From: Thermoprotei archaeon
Lineage (GTDB): Archaea > Thermoproteota > Thermoprotei > Thermoproteales > B15-G16
Length of the DNA: 64,000 nucleotides
Direction: 5' to 3'
Assembly: GCA_003649205.1 (NCBI GenBank)
Contig: QMRC01000001.1
Span: 32,001 to 96,000, forward strand
Below the pieces are notes generated by a model. That model was given only the letters and a program-made list of their open reading frames with translations. It searched no databases and was not told where the DNA came from. The translations under genes and the position numbers were made by a program. Shown here one piece after another: positions 42,598 through 52,479 of this stretch (position 1 is the stretch's first letter; each line of letters begins with the position of its first letter).

Positions 42598-43476
42598 CTA
42601 CCTCAGCACACCTACCAGTAAGTACGCTATAAGAGCAATACCTGCACCCAATAAGGTTCCCTTCCTAATTTGCTCAAGTTCTCTCCTCTTTAATCGATAC
42701 CTCAGTAACATCAGTCCTGACCTAGCATATATTGCGTCAGTGAGCAGTATCAGAGGTAGGTAAGTGAGTACTGCGTAGATCGATGTTAGGTATGTAACGG
42801 CGACTAGTGACAGCGCTATAGCTGTGAAGAAGCACATAGCAGCTATCTTCTGTGCAGCCTCACGCCCGTAGACTATAGCCCATGTCCTTATGCCTACTCT
42901 GTAATCTCCCTCAATATCTATCACTCCTTTAACGACCTCCCTACCGTACATAGCGAGAGTTGCTGTTACGTAGAAGAGTATCAGTAGGGGTAGTGTACCT
43001 ACATCAGGTACCTTAACTAGCGTATAGCCGTAGAGTAGAGGTGCTGAAGAAGCTGTGGCTACAATCAGATTACCTACTGGTCCTACCTTCTTCACCCGTA
43101 CATTGTATGCATGTCCAAGAGACAGGAATACTATCAATACTGCAAGCTGAAGGTAAGTACTGTACCTAAGTGCTAGGTACGTAGCAATAGCTAATGCTGA
43201 AACTAGTGAGATCACTCCAATCCCTAGGGCTTCCTTTGGAGCTAAGTCACCTCTAACTAGTGGTCTCCAAGGTGCATTTACCCTATCCTCCTCAATATTG
43301 TAGTAGTCATTAAGGGCGAAGAGAGAGAACTCAGCTAACGTAGCCACCAGGGTACCAGCTACGAGGACTTCGTAGTTCACCACTCTTGACGCCAGGAAGT
43401 ACCCTGCTACGAGAGCTAGAATTACTGGTGGTACATGTTCTACACGTACTAGCTCTAGTACCGCTTTAAGTTTCAC
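42598..43476 (-). CDS. UbiA family prenyltransferase (DGGGP synthase-like)
   Basis: NDYY..EEDRVN...RPLVRG, REVVKG..D.EGD...G..T. Start reassigned to GTG 43476. Confidence 0.85.
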   Translation of the reverse strand: MKLKAVLELVRVEHVPPVILALVAGYFLASRVVNYEVLVAGTLVATLAEFSLFALNDYYNIEEDRVNAPWRPLVRGDLAPKEALGIGVISLVSALAIATYLALRYSTYLQLAVLIVFLSLGHAYNVRVKKVGPVGNLIVATASSAPLLYGYTLVKVPDVGTLPLLILFYVTATLAMYGREVVKGVIDIEGDYRVGIRTWAIVYGREAAQKIAAMCFFTAIALSLVAVTYLTSIYAVLTYLPLILLTDAIYARSGLMLLRYRLKRRELEQIRKGTLLGAGIALIAYLLVGVLR

Positions 43477-43568
43477 AGAGCTACAGGCTACTACGTGGTC
43501 TATTAGAGTTTCATTTAGGAGCAAGCTTAAATACCTCAACTAGTGTCGTGACTTGAGCGTGTTACCCT

Positions 43569-44030
43569 ATGACTCGATGGCATAGATCTAGACAAGATCT
43601 CGATCCTGAGAAGACCGTTTGGGCTTGTGGTAGGGACCTGAGAATATCGTGGAAGTTTGCTGTCGAGGTCTGTAGAGCTATCAAGGGTTTAACTCTCAGA
43701 GAAGCCATGAAGTACATGGAGGATGTCATCAAGTTGAAGAGACTTGTACCCATTAGAACATATAAGAAGAAGGTTGCTCATCATGCAGGTATTGAGGGCT
43801 GGCCTGTTGCTAGATGGCCAAGGAAGGTAGCTAAGGCGGTACTAGATGTGCTTAAAAACCTCGAGAATAATGCTAGGGTAAAGGGTATGGATCCAGAGAG
43901 ATTAGTGATAGTACATGCAGCAGCTATGAAGGGTACTAGGATAGTTAAGTATATACCGAGAGCATTCGGTAGAAGTACGCCATTCTTCCAGCAGCTAGTT
44001 CATATTGAGATAGCTGCTCAAGAGAGATAA
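43569..44030 (+). CDS. rpl22: 50S ribosomal protein L22 (uL22)
   Basis: IS.K.A.EVC..IKG, RWP.K, PRAFGR, HIEI. Confidence 0.96.
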   Translation: MTRWHRSRQDLDPEKTVWACGRDLRISWKFAVEVCRAIKGLTLREAMKYMEDVIKLKRLVPIRTYKKKVAHHAGIEGWPVARWPRKVAKAVLDVLKNLENNARVKGMDPERLVIVHAAAMKGTRIVKYIPRAFGRSTPFFQQLVHIEIAAQER

Positions 44031-44039
44031 CCACCTAAC

Positions 44040-45104
44040 CTATAGACTCCACCAATTCCTCAGCTTCTTCCTCAGATTCCTCATAGTACTCTTCACAAAA
44101 TTCCTCACTACCTGTGATGTCGATCTCCTCTCTTCCCTAAAGAACTCTCTTCCACCAGTAAGTACTGACACCATATTGACCAAGCCCCTAGCTAAGGCTA
44201 ACTCGTTGTAACCACCTTCGAGGAATACGATGCAGCACTTCCTCTCAACAGATTCGTCAACTACATCCCTTAGGAATGTAGCTATCTGCGTGTAGTCAGA
44301 TACCGAGAGCAGGAAATCACCACTTGGATCACTTAGGTGAGTATCAAAACCCATGGATACCAGAAGCACCTCAGGCTTATACTGCTTTAGTACGGGCTTA
44401 ACTATCGTATTCAGTTGATGTAGGTACACATCGCCTGCCGTACCTGGAGGTAAGGGGATGTTTATCGTAAACCCTTCACCATCACCACGACCAAGCTCAT
44501 CAATCCAACCACTAGTGAAGGTACTGAACTCACTATACTCATGAATTGATATGAAAAGTACGGAAGATGTATCGTAGAATATTTCCTGTGTCCCATCTCC
44601 GTGATGAAGGTCTAGATCCAGAATAGCTACCTTCTTAAACTCGTGAACATCTAGTAGGTACTTAGCCGTGTAAGCTACAGCATTGAAAAGACAATACCTA
44701 CCAGCTCTTGACTTACCTGCTCTATGACTTGGTGGTCTAGCTACCACAAACCCAACCCTCAGCTTTCCCTCAGCTACTAAATCAGCACACAACTTACCTG
44801 CACCAAGGACATGTAGAGAAGCTTCGTAGAGTTCTGAACTCACATAGACCTCTCCTAGAGACCATGAACTACCACTCCTCAGAGCCCTCTTAATCTGATT
44901 CAGGTACTGCTGTGTGTGCACTCTAAGGACTTCAGCCTCATCCACTGGCTTTGGTTCAAGAAATAATAGTCTCTTGACTAGTGGAGGGTACATTTTCAAT
45001 AGCTTGAGTACTGTATGGATTCTTTCAGGTGTATCGAGGTAATTTGGTCTAGGTGCTCTATACTTCGTAAAGATATCGGATGTAACTACGATGTATTCAC
45101 TCAT
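44040..45104 (-). CDS. Histone deacetylase/AcuC superfamily protein with altered active-site motif
   Basis: PERI, RVH...Y, RPPSHRA, C.FN, DLDLHHGDGTQ, G.G.G...N.PLP, GFD.H..DP, LEGGY. Confidence 0.88.
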   Translation of the reverse strand: MSEYIVVTSDIFTKYRAPRPNYLDTPERIHTVLKLLKMYPPLVKRLLFLEPKPVDEAEVLRVHTQQYLNQIKRALRSGSSWSLGEVYVSSELYEASLHVLGAGKLCADLVAEGKLRVGFVVARPPSHRAGKSRAGRYCLFNAVAYTAKYLLDVHEFKKVAILDLDLHHGDGTQEIFYDTSSVLFISIHEYSEFSTFTSGWIDELGRGDGEGFTINIPLPPGTAGDVYLHQLNTIVKPVLKQYKPEVLLVSMGFDTHLSDPSGDFLLSVSDYTQIATFLRDVVDESVERKCCIVFLEGGYNELALARGLVNMVSVLTGGREFFREERRSTSQVVRNFVKSTMRNLRKKLRNWWSL

Positions 45105-47823
45105 TACTCTCACGTAAGTAGTCAAGTAATGTCTTTCTAACCTTATCTACCTTCCTACCATAACCTTCAAGAACTTCACCACCTAATGAACTCCTCTTCT
45201 CCCTATGGTAACTAACCTCAGTAACTCCTCGCTTAAGTAATTCAGATGCTTGCTCCTTAATCCTCCTAGCGAGTGTTGGTCCAATGGTAGGTACCTTCAT
45301 CAACTTCTCGAGAGGTGCTTCAGCAATATCCCTTAAGGTCTTAAAGCCATACCTATAGAGGTACCGTGCTCTAACCCTACCAACACCTTCAAGATTCTCA
45401 ACTAGTTCAAGTAATTCAGCACGTACACCGTACTTTACTCTCCTCATAAGTACATTGAGTGCTCCAGCATGTTGCTTAAGACCAAGTAACTTAGCTAGTG
45501 AGTGAGCTGAGTACAGTAACCACTCACCTAACTCAACGTAGGATCTTAGATCACCACTACCAACATCAAATTCCTCCACAATTTCATCTTCACTAGCCTC
45601 ATTAATCCACCTGTATAGAAGGTACGCAGTTTTGAGTACAGGTACCTGATCTTCAACATCGACAAAACCATATTGCTCACTTACGTCGAGTGGTAGTACC
45701 GACCTATACTTCTCAAGTAGCTCCACGTACTTCTCCACCTCACTCCTCCTAACGTATAGCCTGGGTATGTCCGGAGTTAAGGCTATTAGGTAGAGGTAAC
45801 CTAGCTCACTTAACTGCTTTCTACTCCTTAAACCACTCAGAATTATGGATGCTGTTTCCGGGTCTATGTACAACTCACACACTCTTGCCCCTAGGTTAGT
45901 TACCTTAACTTCATCACCATTCACCGAGATGAATCCTCTACTCTCTAGGTAGGTGAGAGTACTACGCATCAGTGCTTTGAAACCAAAATCACTAACGAGC
46001 TTCTGTTGGTGGAAGTAGAACGTCAACTTCAAGACCTCCTCTACATCTCCGATAGTCTTAGCGAATCCCTCAGCTATTGTAGCTAGGACATGAGTTCTCA
46101 ACGAAGACTCAGTAGCTAGCTTAGAGGTTATGGGTTCAGGATTTGCTAGTATGTACCTCTCCATTAGGTACCTCTTCTCTTCAAGACACCTAGCAATCAA
46201 GATAGCTTCACCATACTCATCGAACTGAGGTCTACCTGCTCTACCAGCCATTTGCTTGTACTCCATGATCGTGATAGGTACGTAACCTCTACCAGGTTCA
46301 TACCGCCTATAGTCATAGACAACAACTCTCCTCGCCGGTAGATTCACACCAGCTGCTAACGTAGGTGTAGCTACAACAACCTTAAGCACTCTACTTCGAA
46401 ATGCTCTCTCAATGACACGTCTCTGAGCATGAGATAAGCCAGCGTGGTGATAAGAGACACCACACTGAATTAACTTAGCTAATTGCTCACCTATTCTAGA
46501 TGCTTCACTCACCTGGTAAATCTCCTCAGCAACTGAGCTAAGTCTACCCAAGTCATCTGAATCAAGAAGCTTCCTAACGTAATCACTTAACTTCTCTGCA
46601 AGCTGAACAGCTCTCTGTCGAGTAGAGACAAAGATAAGTACTTGTCCTCCCTCAAGTAGGCAATCTCTAACGAGTGAATAGGGTAGAGGCTCAGGACTTA
46701 ACTTCTTAATAGTACCGTCAGAGAACTCAACAGTACCATCAACGTAGACTCCCTCCTTAAGTGGTGTTGGTCTCCAAGTATTCACGATAGGTGTAGCACC
46801 TAACCAACTAGCTATCTCCTCAGGATTACCAATAGTAGCACTAAGAGCAATTAACTGAATACCTCTCAACCTCTTCCTCAACTTAGTTATCAACATCTCC
46901 AAAGTAGGACCTCTCTTGACCTCACTAATCATGTGTATCTCATCAATGACAACAGTACCAACATCACTCAACCACGGTGCTCTATGCCTAATCAAGCTAT
47001 CTAACTTCTCATACGTATTGTGACACAAAACGCAGGCATCTCCAGCAATGAAGTTCTCATAGCCGGGAACAGAGAAGTCACATACATAACCACGGTAGTT
47101 AATCCAGGAAACACGCTTAACTTCGAGAGATTTCAAAACTCCATCCTGAACTGCAGGAACCTTCATACCCCTCTTAACGTACTGAGCTTCGTAGAGTTTC
47201 ACCTCATTACGGTCAAAGACATAGATACTGTGATTTGGGGTAACCCTCACACTCCTTCCATTACAGAACTCCAATTCAATAACTGGACCAGAGTACGGGT
47301 ACCTTATTAAGAGACTTGGAATTGCTTCAACAACCTGAAGATTCTCAACGTCAACTGACAATACGTGAAACAGATCATCAACCCGATTCAGTAACTCACG
47401 AAATGTAGTGTGGATAAGTTCTCCACGAGAGATAACTACCGTAACCTCATCTTCAGGAAGAGACGTAACTATTATGTCGTAGTTCCTTAACCAAGCATCC
47501 CGAGAATCGTAATCACCAGTCGATATAGCTACCCTAATACCAAGCTCCTCCCAAACACGAAATTCCTCAAACTTCTCAGTAGCTAAAGCTCTAAGAGGTG
47601 TTAGGTAAATTGCTTTACCGTAACCCTCTAGCACGTTCTTAACCATAGCTAACTCTGCAACCAATGTCTTACCGGAAGCTGTTGGTGTTGAGAGGAGGAT
47701 ATTTCTCCTCTCTAAGACACCAGCTCTAATAGCCTCTTCTTGAGGTGGATAAAGCTCCTCAATACCTCTTCTCCTAACCACCTCAATTACCTTCGGTGGT
47801 AGCGGTAGATCATCTACCCTCAT
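45097..47823 (-). CDS. hel308: Ski2-like DNA helicase Hel308/Hjm, intein-containing
   Basis: LYPPQ, PTASGKT, PLRALA.EK, DEIH, SAT, HHAGL, TPTLAAGVNLPA, QMAGRAGRP, C-terminal HhH. Confidence 0.95.
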   Translation of the reverse strand: MRVDDLPLPPKVIEVVRRRGIEELYPPQEEAIRAGVLERRNILLSTPTASGKTLVAELAMVKNVLEGYGKAIYLTPLRALATEKFEEFRVWEELGIRVAISTGDYDSRDAWLRNYDIIVTSLPEDEVTVVISRGELIHTTFRELLNRVDDLFHVLSVDVENLQVVEAIPSLLIRYPYSGPVIELEFCNGRSVRVTPNHSIYVFDRNEVKLYEAQYVKRGMKVPAVQDGVLKSLEVKRVSWINYRGYVCDFSVPGYENFIAGDACVLCHNTYEKLDSLIRHRAPWLSDVGTVVIDEIHMISEVKRGPTLEMLITKLRKRLRGIQLIALSATIGNPEEIASWLGATPIVNTWRPTPLKEGVYVDGTVEFSDGTIKKLSPEPLPYSLVRDCLLEGGQVLIFVSTRQRAVQLAEKLSDYVRKLLDSDDLGRLSSVAEEIYQVSEASRIGEQLAKLIQCGVSYHHAGLSHAQRRVIERAFRSRVLKVVVATPTLAAGVNLPARRVVVYDYRRYEPGRGYVPITIMEYKQMAGRAGRPQFDEYGEAILIARCLEEKRYLMERYILANPEPITSKLATESSLRTHVLATIAEGFAKTIGDVEEVLKLTFYFHQQKLVSDFGFKALMRSTLTYLESRGFISVNGDEVKVTNLGARVCELYIDPETASIILSGLRSRKQLSELGYLYLIALTPDIPRLYVRRSEVEKYVELLEKYRSVLPLDVSEQYGFVDVEDQVPVLKTAYLLYRWINEASEDEIVEEFDVGSGDLRSYVELGEWLLYSAHSLAKLLGLKQHAGALNVLMRRVKYGVRAELLELVENLEGVGRVRARYLYRYGFKTLRDIAEAPLEKLMKVPTIGPTLARRIKEQASELLKRGVTEVSYHREKRSSLGGEVLEGYGRKVDKVRKTLLDYLRESNE
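47017..47463 (-). mobile_element. Mini-intein (149 aa, no endonuclease) in Hel308
   Basis: In-frame insertion at IIVT|TYEK. Starts SLPED, block B VTPNHS, block F VCDFSVPGYENF, ends CHN, +1 Thr. Confidence 0.92.
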
Positions 47824-47830
47824 GACGTAG

Positions 47831-50800
47831 CTACACCTTAACCCTCTTTATGTAACCTGGCTTCGGTTCATATAACTCTCCTTGTCTCTTAAGGGTCTCA
47901 ATAGCTTTCTCAACGAATTCCCTATCTATACCCTCCTCCTCAGCTCTCTTAATTAACTCAGATACCTTAACCTTTCCTTTCTCCTCTTCCATGGACTTGA
48001 TGATATCCATCAACCTAGCTAGCTTCTCCTGCTGTGACCTAGGTCTACCAGCCATCACTATGTCAATGTCTAGAGTACCTGAACTCAAGTCCATACCAGC
48101 ACTCTTCAGGAACTCCATCATCAACCTGATAGCTGCTTCAGCATCCTCGAGGGTCACTACAGGTCTAAGAGCCATCCTAGCCTCAGCCTCGGCCAACCTA
48201 ATGAGAGCCTCTAATTGCCTAGCTGTTATAGCTATTGGTGAGTTAGGTCCCTGACTCTGTCTCCTCAGCTCGAGAAAGAACTGCTCAATCCTCCTAGCAG
48301 CTTCAGGAGATAGCTTAGGCTTCACGTACTTCCTAGCGTACGCAATGTACTTCCTAAGGAGATCAGGCGGTATGATGTCCCTAAACTCCTCAGGTGTAGC
48401 ACCCTGATGAAGCATGGTGATGTGTCTAGCAAGTGCTGTGTCCCTACTCTGCTCTGGTTCATCCCTAATGATGAATATTAGGTCGAACCTAGATAGAATC
48501 GTTACAGGTAGATCAATGTTCTCGGCTAACGTCCTATTGGGTAGATACCTACCGTACGCAGGGTTCGCAGCAGCCAATATAGCGCACCTAGCATTTAGAG
48601 TCGCTACAATACCTGCCTTAGCAATGCTAATAGTCTGCTGCTCCATAGCCTCATGAATAGCAACCCTATCCCTAGACTCCATCTTCTCAAGCTCATCAAT
48701 ACAGCAAACACCACCATCAGCAAGAACAAGAGCACCAGCCTCAAGATAGTACTCACCAGTAGCCTTATCACGAACAACTGCAGCGGTAAGACCTGCAGCT
48801 GTTGACCCTTTACCTGTCGTGTATACTCCTCGAGGAGCAACACGAGCAACGAACTTTAGAAGCTGACTATTGTGAACAAATATAAGTCCATAACCAGCTA
48901 CGAAGTTCTCATAATCCTCCACCGATAGGTCATATACGTACTCACTATGCTCTGGCTCTACTTCGCTTATACTCACTTCCTTGACTTCAGCTACGAGATC
49001 CCAACCCAGATACTCGTTCTCAAGGAATCTAGCTAGCTTTTGGATACCAGACAATTCTCCACATTCAGTTACCTTAGCCCTTTCCATCAACTTCTGAACC
49101 ATCCTGTGTGCATATGCCCTACCTACGTAGCCCCTATACACTTTACCTCGAAATTCGCTTCCTAAACTCCTAAGCCTTCCTCTGCAAAAACCTAGGAGGG
49201 AAATTTCACGAACTAATTCCCGAGGTACTGGAACGATATCATCTGTAGTTCGTGGTTCAGCTACTTGAGCTAACCGTAGCATCTTATCTTCAGATATCAG
49301 CTGGACAACGCTCTTCAACTTAGAGATGTCAAGAACACGGATCGTGTATACCATGAGTTCTTTACCCTTATACAGCTTCACTCCTGTGCGTAAACTATGC
49401 CAAATACCTAGCCTGGTAAGTGCTAGAGAGAAAGCAGTAGCTAGTTCCCGATTAACTAAGGTTAAGGAGATTTCACCGTGATGAGACTTTCCACATTCCT
49501 TGACACGCGGTATGGCTATGTATCCATCGCTCTCTAATAGTCCTGAAATAAAACCTGCCACAAATTCCTCAGGACCATTCAATAGAAGCTCATAGGGTAC
49601 GTACTTCAACCTAGTCTCATAACCCTTAACCTTCTCTCTATGGAGTGCATGTTTGTCTCGAATGAACTGTTTTAACCATTCAACTACGGCATCTCTCTGG
49701 CAGATTAGTTTGTAAGTCATAGACCTACTATCATGTATATGCAAGCTACAAATTGTGCTAAACTTATTCTGCAGTATCTCGGATATCTTCACCAAAACAT
49801 TAGGGTCTAGAGAGGTAAGTTCAAATCGTTCACCACTAGTAACCTTCGCTATCGTACCATCTCCTAAGAACATACCAACGAGATAACCAATATCCCAATC
49901 AAGTTGCATACCGTGGAAATTGGTGAGTTTTTCAGTACTTACTGGGAGAATTCTCCTCAGTACTGGAACTATGCTCTTGCCCGGTATTAGGTCCTGTGCT
50001 CTAGCAACAGCCAGTTTACTACCATTAAACACAAGGATGCTATGATCTTTCGTCACTACAATAGTTCTTCCTGTCTTAGTCTTGACAAGAACTACTTTCT
50101 CTGGTGCTCTGTGTCTAATAACTGCACGTACTTTCTTCCACTCTACAGTAAAGTCTTCTGGATTCACAGAAGGGACATAGATCTCTACACCGACATCTCT
50201 CAGGTAAAGGATCTCGCTTTCACCCTCTACCTTAACCCTGTTTCGATACTGCTCGATCAGTGTATCAACGATTTCACCAATAGGTCTAAACTGTAGGCCC
50301 TTACCTGGTTCGTAGTACAGAACAGGTACACTATATGTCAAGCTTTTGCCTGTTCCAGGATCGCCAACCAGTAGTATGTGTATGTCCCCTCTCACCCTAA
50401 CTCCGTCTGGGTACACCTTGGGTACTCCTCCAAAGAGTAGGCATGCTATTGCCTCCTTGATTGGCCTCATTCCGTGTATTGATGGTGCTATTGACTTCAC
50501 TATTCTCTCCTTTATCCTCGGGTCCTTAGCTAGCTCAAGTATCTTCTTCTCATCTTCAGGAGTGATCTCTACCTCTGCAAATTCCTTAGTCTGTGCCTCA
50601 ATGTAGTTGATGTCTAGGTACGCTGAGAAGACTGGTGGTTTACTCTTCTTGAGACTCTCCTGCTGTATTCTGAGTACACCAATAGCAACTACTCTATCAC
50701 CTGGTTTCACGGTATCGACTAGGTCATCAATTAGTATTGCCTCTAGTGATCTAGGTAGTTGACCTGGTGGTAAGTCCTCAGGTTTCTCCTGAATTACTAT

Positions 50801-51409
50801 CTTCTGCCAATCAATGTACTCACACTTCTCCTCAATGAGTTCAAATGGCCCTCTCCTACTTGGGCAAGCCTCATTGGGGCACTTAGTTGGTGTTACGAAG
50901 TGTGCTGCTACCTGTGGTACCTCGATCTCTGTTCCACAGGCCTTACACCTGAAGATTGCCTTGATTAACTGATGCTTCACTGGTGTTGCTCTTGTTACGA
51001 TACCCTCAACCATTATGAGCTTATCTATGTGGTGTGCTCTCAACCTCCTAATGCTAACTACTTCAGGTAGTTTACGGAATCTGACATTGAATTTCTTGTG
51101 CTTCTGTGCGTACTCACTATCCTCTATCTTGATAGCTTCTCTCAATGCTTCTGAGAGTACCGGTATCACTTCAAGTGGTTTCTCAACAATTAACTCAGCT
51201 AGTGAGCTATCGTATGTAAGTAGGTCAGGAAAATCTACGACTAGTGACTTACTGTTCTCTGCTATTAACCTAGCTATCCTAGCTCTGTACTTGTAACCCT
51301 CTTCCGGCGTGTAGTAGCTCTTGAGGAAGTTGAGGAATCTCTCACCTATTGTCTCTGGTGGTTTTGGTGTTATGATTGAGAGTTCAGGTGCTTCACCTGA
51401 GGTAGCCAC
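47831..51409 (-). CDS. mcm: Replicative helicase MCM, intein-containing
   Basis: Zinc finger, QE.PE..P.GQLPR, IAPSI.G, GDPGTGK|SQLL, GLTAAV, IDE.EKM, SRFD, RQLE. Confidence 0.97.
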   Translation of the reverse strand: MATSGEAPELSIITPKPPETIGERFLNFLKSYYTPEEGYKYRARIARLIAENSKSLVVDFPDLLTYDSSLAELIVEKPLEVIPVLSEALREAIKIEDSEYAQKHKKFNVRFRKLPEVVSIRRLRAHHIDKLIMVEGIVTRATPVKHQLIKAIFRCKACGTEIEVPQVAAHFVTPTKCPNEACPSRRGPFELIEEKCEYIDWQKIVIQEKPEDLPPGQLPRSLEAILIDDLVDTVKPGDRVVAIGVLRIQQESLKKSKPPVFSAYLDINYIEAQTKEFAEVEITPEDEKKILELAKDPRIKERIVKSIAPSIHGMRPIKEAIACLLFGGVPKVYPDGVRVRGDIHILLVGDPGTGKSLTYSVPVLYYEPGKGLQFRPIGEIVDTLIEQYRNRVKVEGESEILYLRDVGVEIYVPSVNPEDFTVEWKKVRAVIRHRAPEKVVLVKTKTGRTIVVTKDHSILVFNGSKLAVARAQDLIPGKSIVPVLRRILPVSTEKLTNFHGMQLDWDIGYLVGMFLGDGTIAKVTSGERFELTSLDPNVLVKISEILQNKFSTICSLHIHDSRSMTYKLICQRDAVVEWLKQFIRDKHALHREKVKGYETRLKYVPYELLLNGPEEFVAGFISGLLESDGYIAIPRVKECGKSHHGEISLTLVNRELATAFSLALTRLGIWHSLRTGVKLYKGKELMVYTIRVLDISKLKSVVQLISEDKMLRLAQVAEPRTTDDIVPVPRELVREISLLGFCRGRLRSLGSEFRGKVYRGYVGRAYAHRMVQKLMERAKVTECGELSGIQKLARFLENEYLGWDLVAEVKEVSISEVEPEHSEYVYDLSVEDYENFVAGYGLIFVHNSQLLKFVARVAPRGVYTTGKGSTAAGLTAAVVRDKATGEYYLEAGALVLADGGVCCIDELEKMESRDRVAIHEAMEQQTISIAKAGIVATLNARCAILAAANPAYGRYLPNRTLAENIDLPVTILSRFDLIFIIRDEPEQSRDTALARHITMLHQGATPEEFRDIIPPDLLRKYIAYARKYVKPKLSPEAARRIEQFFLELRRQSQGPNSPIAITARQLEALIRLAEAEARMALRPVVTLEDAEAAIRLMMEFLKSAGMDLSSGTLDIDIVMAGRPRSQQEKLARLMDIIKSMEEEKGKVKVSELIKRAEEEGIDREFVEKAIETLKRQGELYEPKPGYIKRVKV
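48869..50344 (-). mobile_element. Intein (492 aa) with LAGLIDADG homing endonuclease in the MCM Walker A motif
   Basis: Inserted at GTGK|SQLL. Starts SLTYS, block B VTKDHS, DOD motifs YLVGMFLGDG and FISGLLESDG, ends FVHN, +1 Ser. Confidence 0.95.
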
Positions 51410-51420
51410 AGCTAATCACC

Positions 51421-51981
51421 TTACTTGAACTCGTTCTCTAGGAATGAGAGCCAAGAACCTAACTCCTTACATAGCTTAATGTACAGCATACGCTCCTCAA
51501 TAGTTAGCTTCTCAAGAACTTCCTGTCGTGGATTAGGGTTCGATAACGCTATCTTAACGATCTTGACTAACCTCCTCTTCATCAGATCAAGAACCTTGAT
51601 CTTGACATACTGTGCCTCCTGTGCTAGCAATATGGGGTTTACAGATGTTGATTCCCTAGCAAGCTGTTCCAGTGACTTGAGATAGAGCTTAACCCTATGG
51701 AGGAAGTCCTCATCTAGCTTCTGAAGTTGCTCACTCCTCTCCTCAATCCAGAGTAACTTACTTAACTCAATTGATGTAGGTAACTTCTTCGTATTGACTT
51801 TAGCTAAATTACCTCTCAACAACATATCAGCTATGTACCTAGGTAGCTCAACATTGTCACCAGGTGAGTAAGGTCCAATAGCTTCACCACAGTACTCTAC
51901 CCTGGGTATGTTTACGAGAATTGTGAGGGGGATCTTCCACGAAGTATCTATGGAGGTATACAGCACCTTGAATAAACCCAT
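51421..51981 (-). CDS. gins23: GINS complex subunit Gins23
   Basis: B-A domain order (ELPRYIA..L, then W.E...LQKL..DF, RR..KI, LT.EE...Y), directly upstream of mcm. Confidence 0.8.
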   Translation of the reverse strand: MGLFKVLYTSIDTSWKIPLTILVNIPRVEYCGEAIGPYSPGDNVELPRYIADMLLRGNLAKVNTKKLPTSIELSKLLWIEERSEQLQKLDEDFLHRVKLYLKSLEQLARESTSVNPILLAQEAQYVKIKVLDLMKRRLVKIVKIALSNPNPRQEVLEKLTIEERMLYIKLCKELGSWLSFLENEFK

Positions 51982-52211
51982 GTACTCACCAAAGTATGCA
52001 CTCAATTTGATTTATGAGGGGGAATTGGATAAGGTGTGCGAGGTAGCTCTACGTACCTACGACCTATATAGAGCCTATAGATGATCGCTCGGTAGGGGGT
52101 GTGATGCCGAGGAAGAGGTATGATCTCAATGCACTTGAGGTAAAAAGGAGGGAATAAGTGAGTATTATCTCCCTGAAGTTGATGAGAGAAGGAACCTCCA
52201 CTAGGTGCGCT

Positions 52212-52463
52212 CTACCTAGCTACTAGCTTTCTAGCTTCTCTCTCAGTCTCGCGAAGCATTAGTATGTCTCCAACTCTGACAGGGCCTCTTACGTTCCTCG
52301 TTATTATCCTACCCTTGTCCCTACCTTCAAGGATCTTGCACCTTACCTGAACAACCTCGCCAGCTACACCTGTTCTACCGATGATCTGGACTACCATTGC
52401 TGCTACAGCATCTTCGTATGGAGATACCTTCTCCTCTCTCCTCTTCTCCTCCTTAGCTGACAT
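52212..52463 (-). CDS. rps28e: 30S ribosomal protein S28e
   Basis: [30 protein letters not shown]. Confidence 0.97.
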   Translation of the reverse strand: MSAKEEKRREEKVSPYEDAVAAMVVQIIGRTGVAGEVVQVRCKILEGRDKGRIITRNVRGPVRVGDILMLRETEREARKLVAR

Positions 52464-52479
52464 ACTGAATCACCATGAG

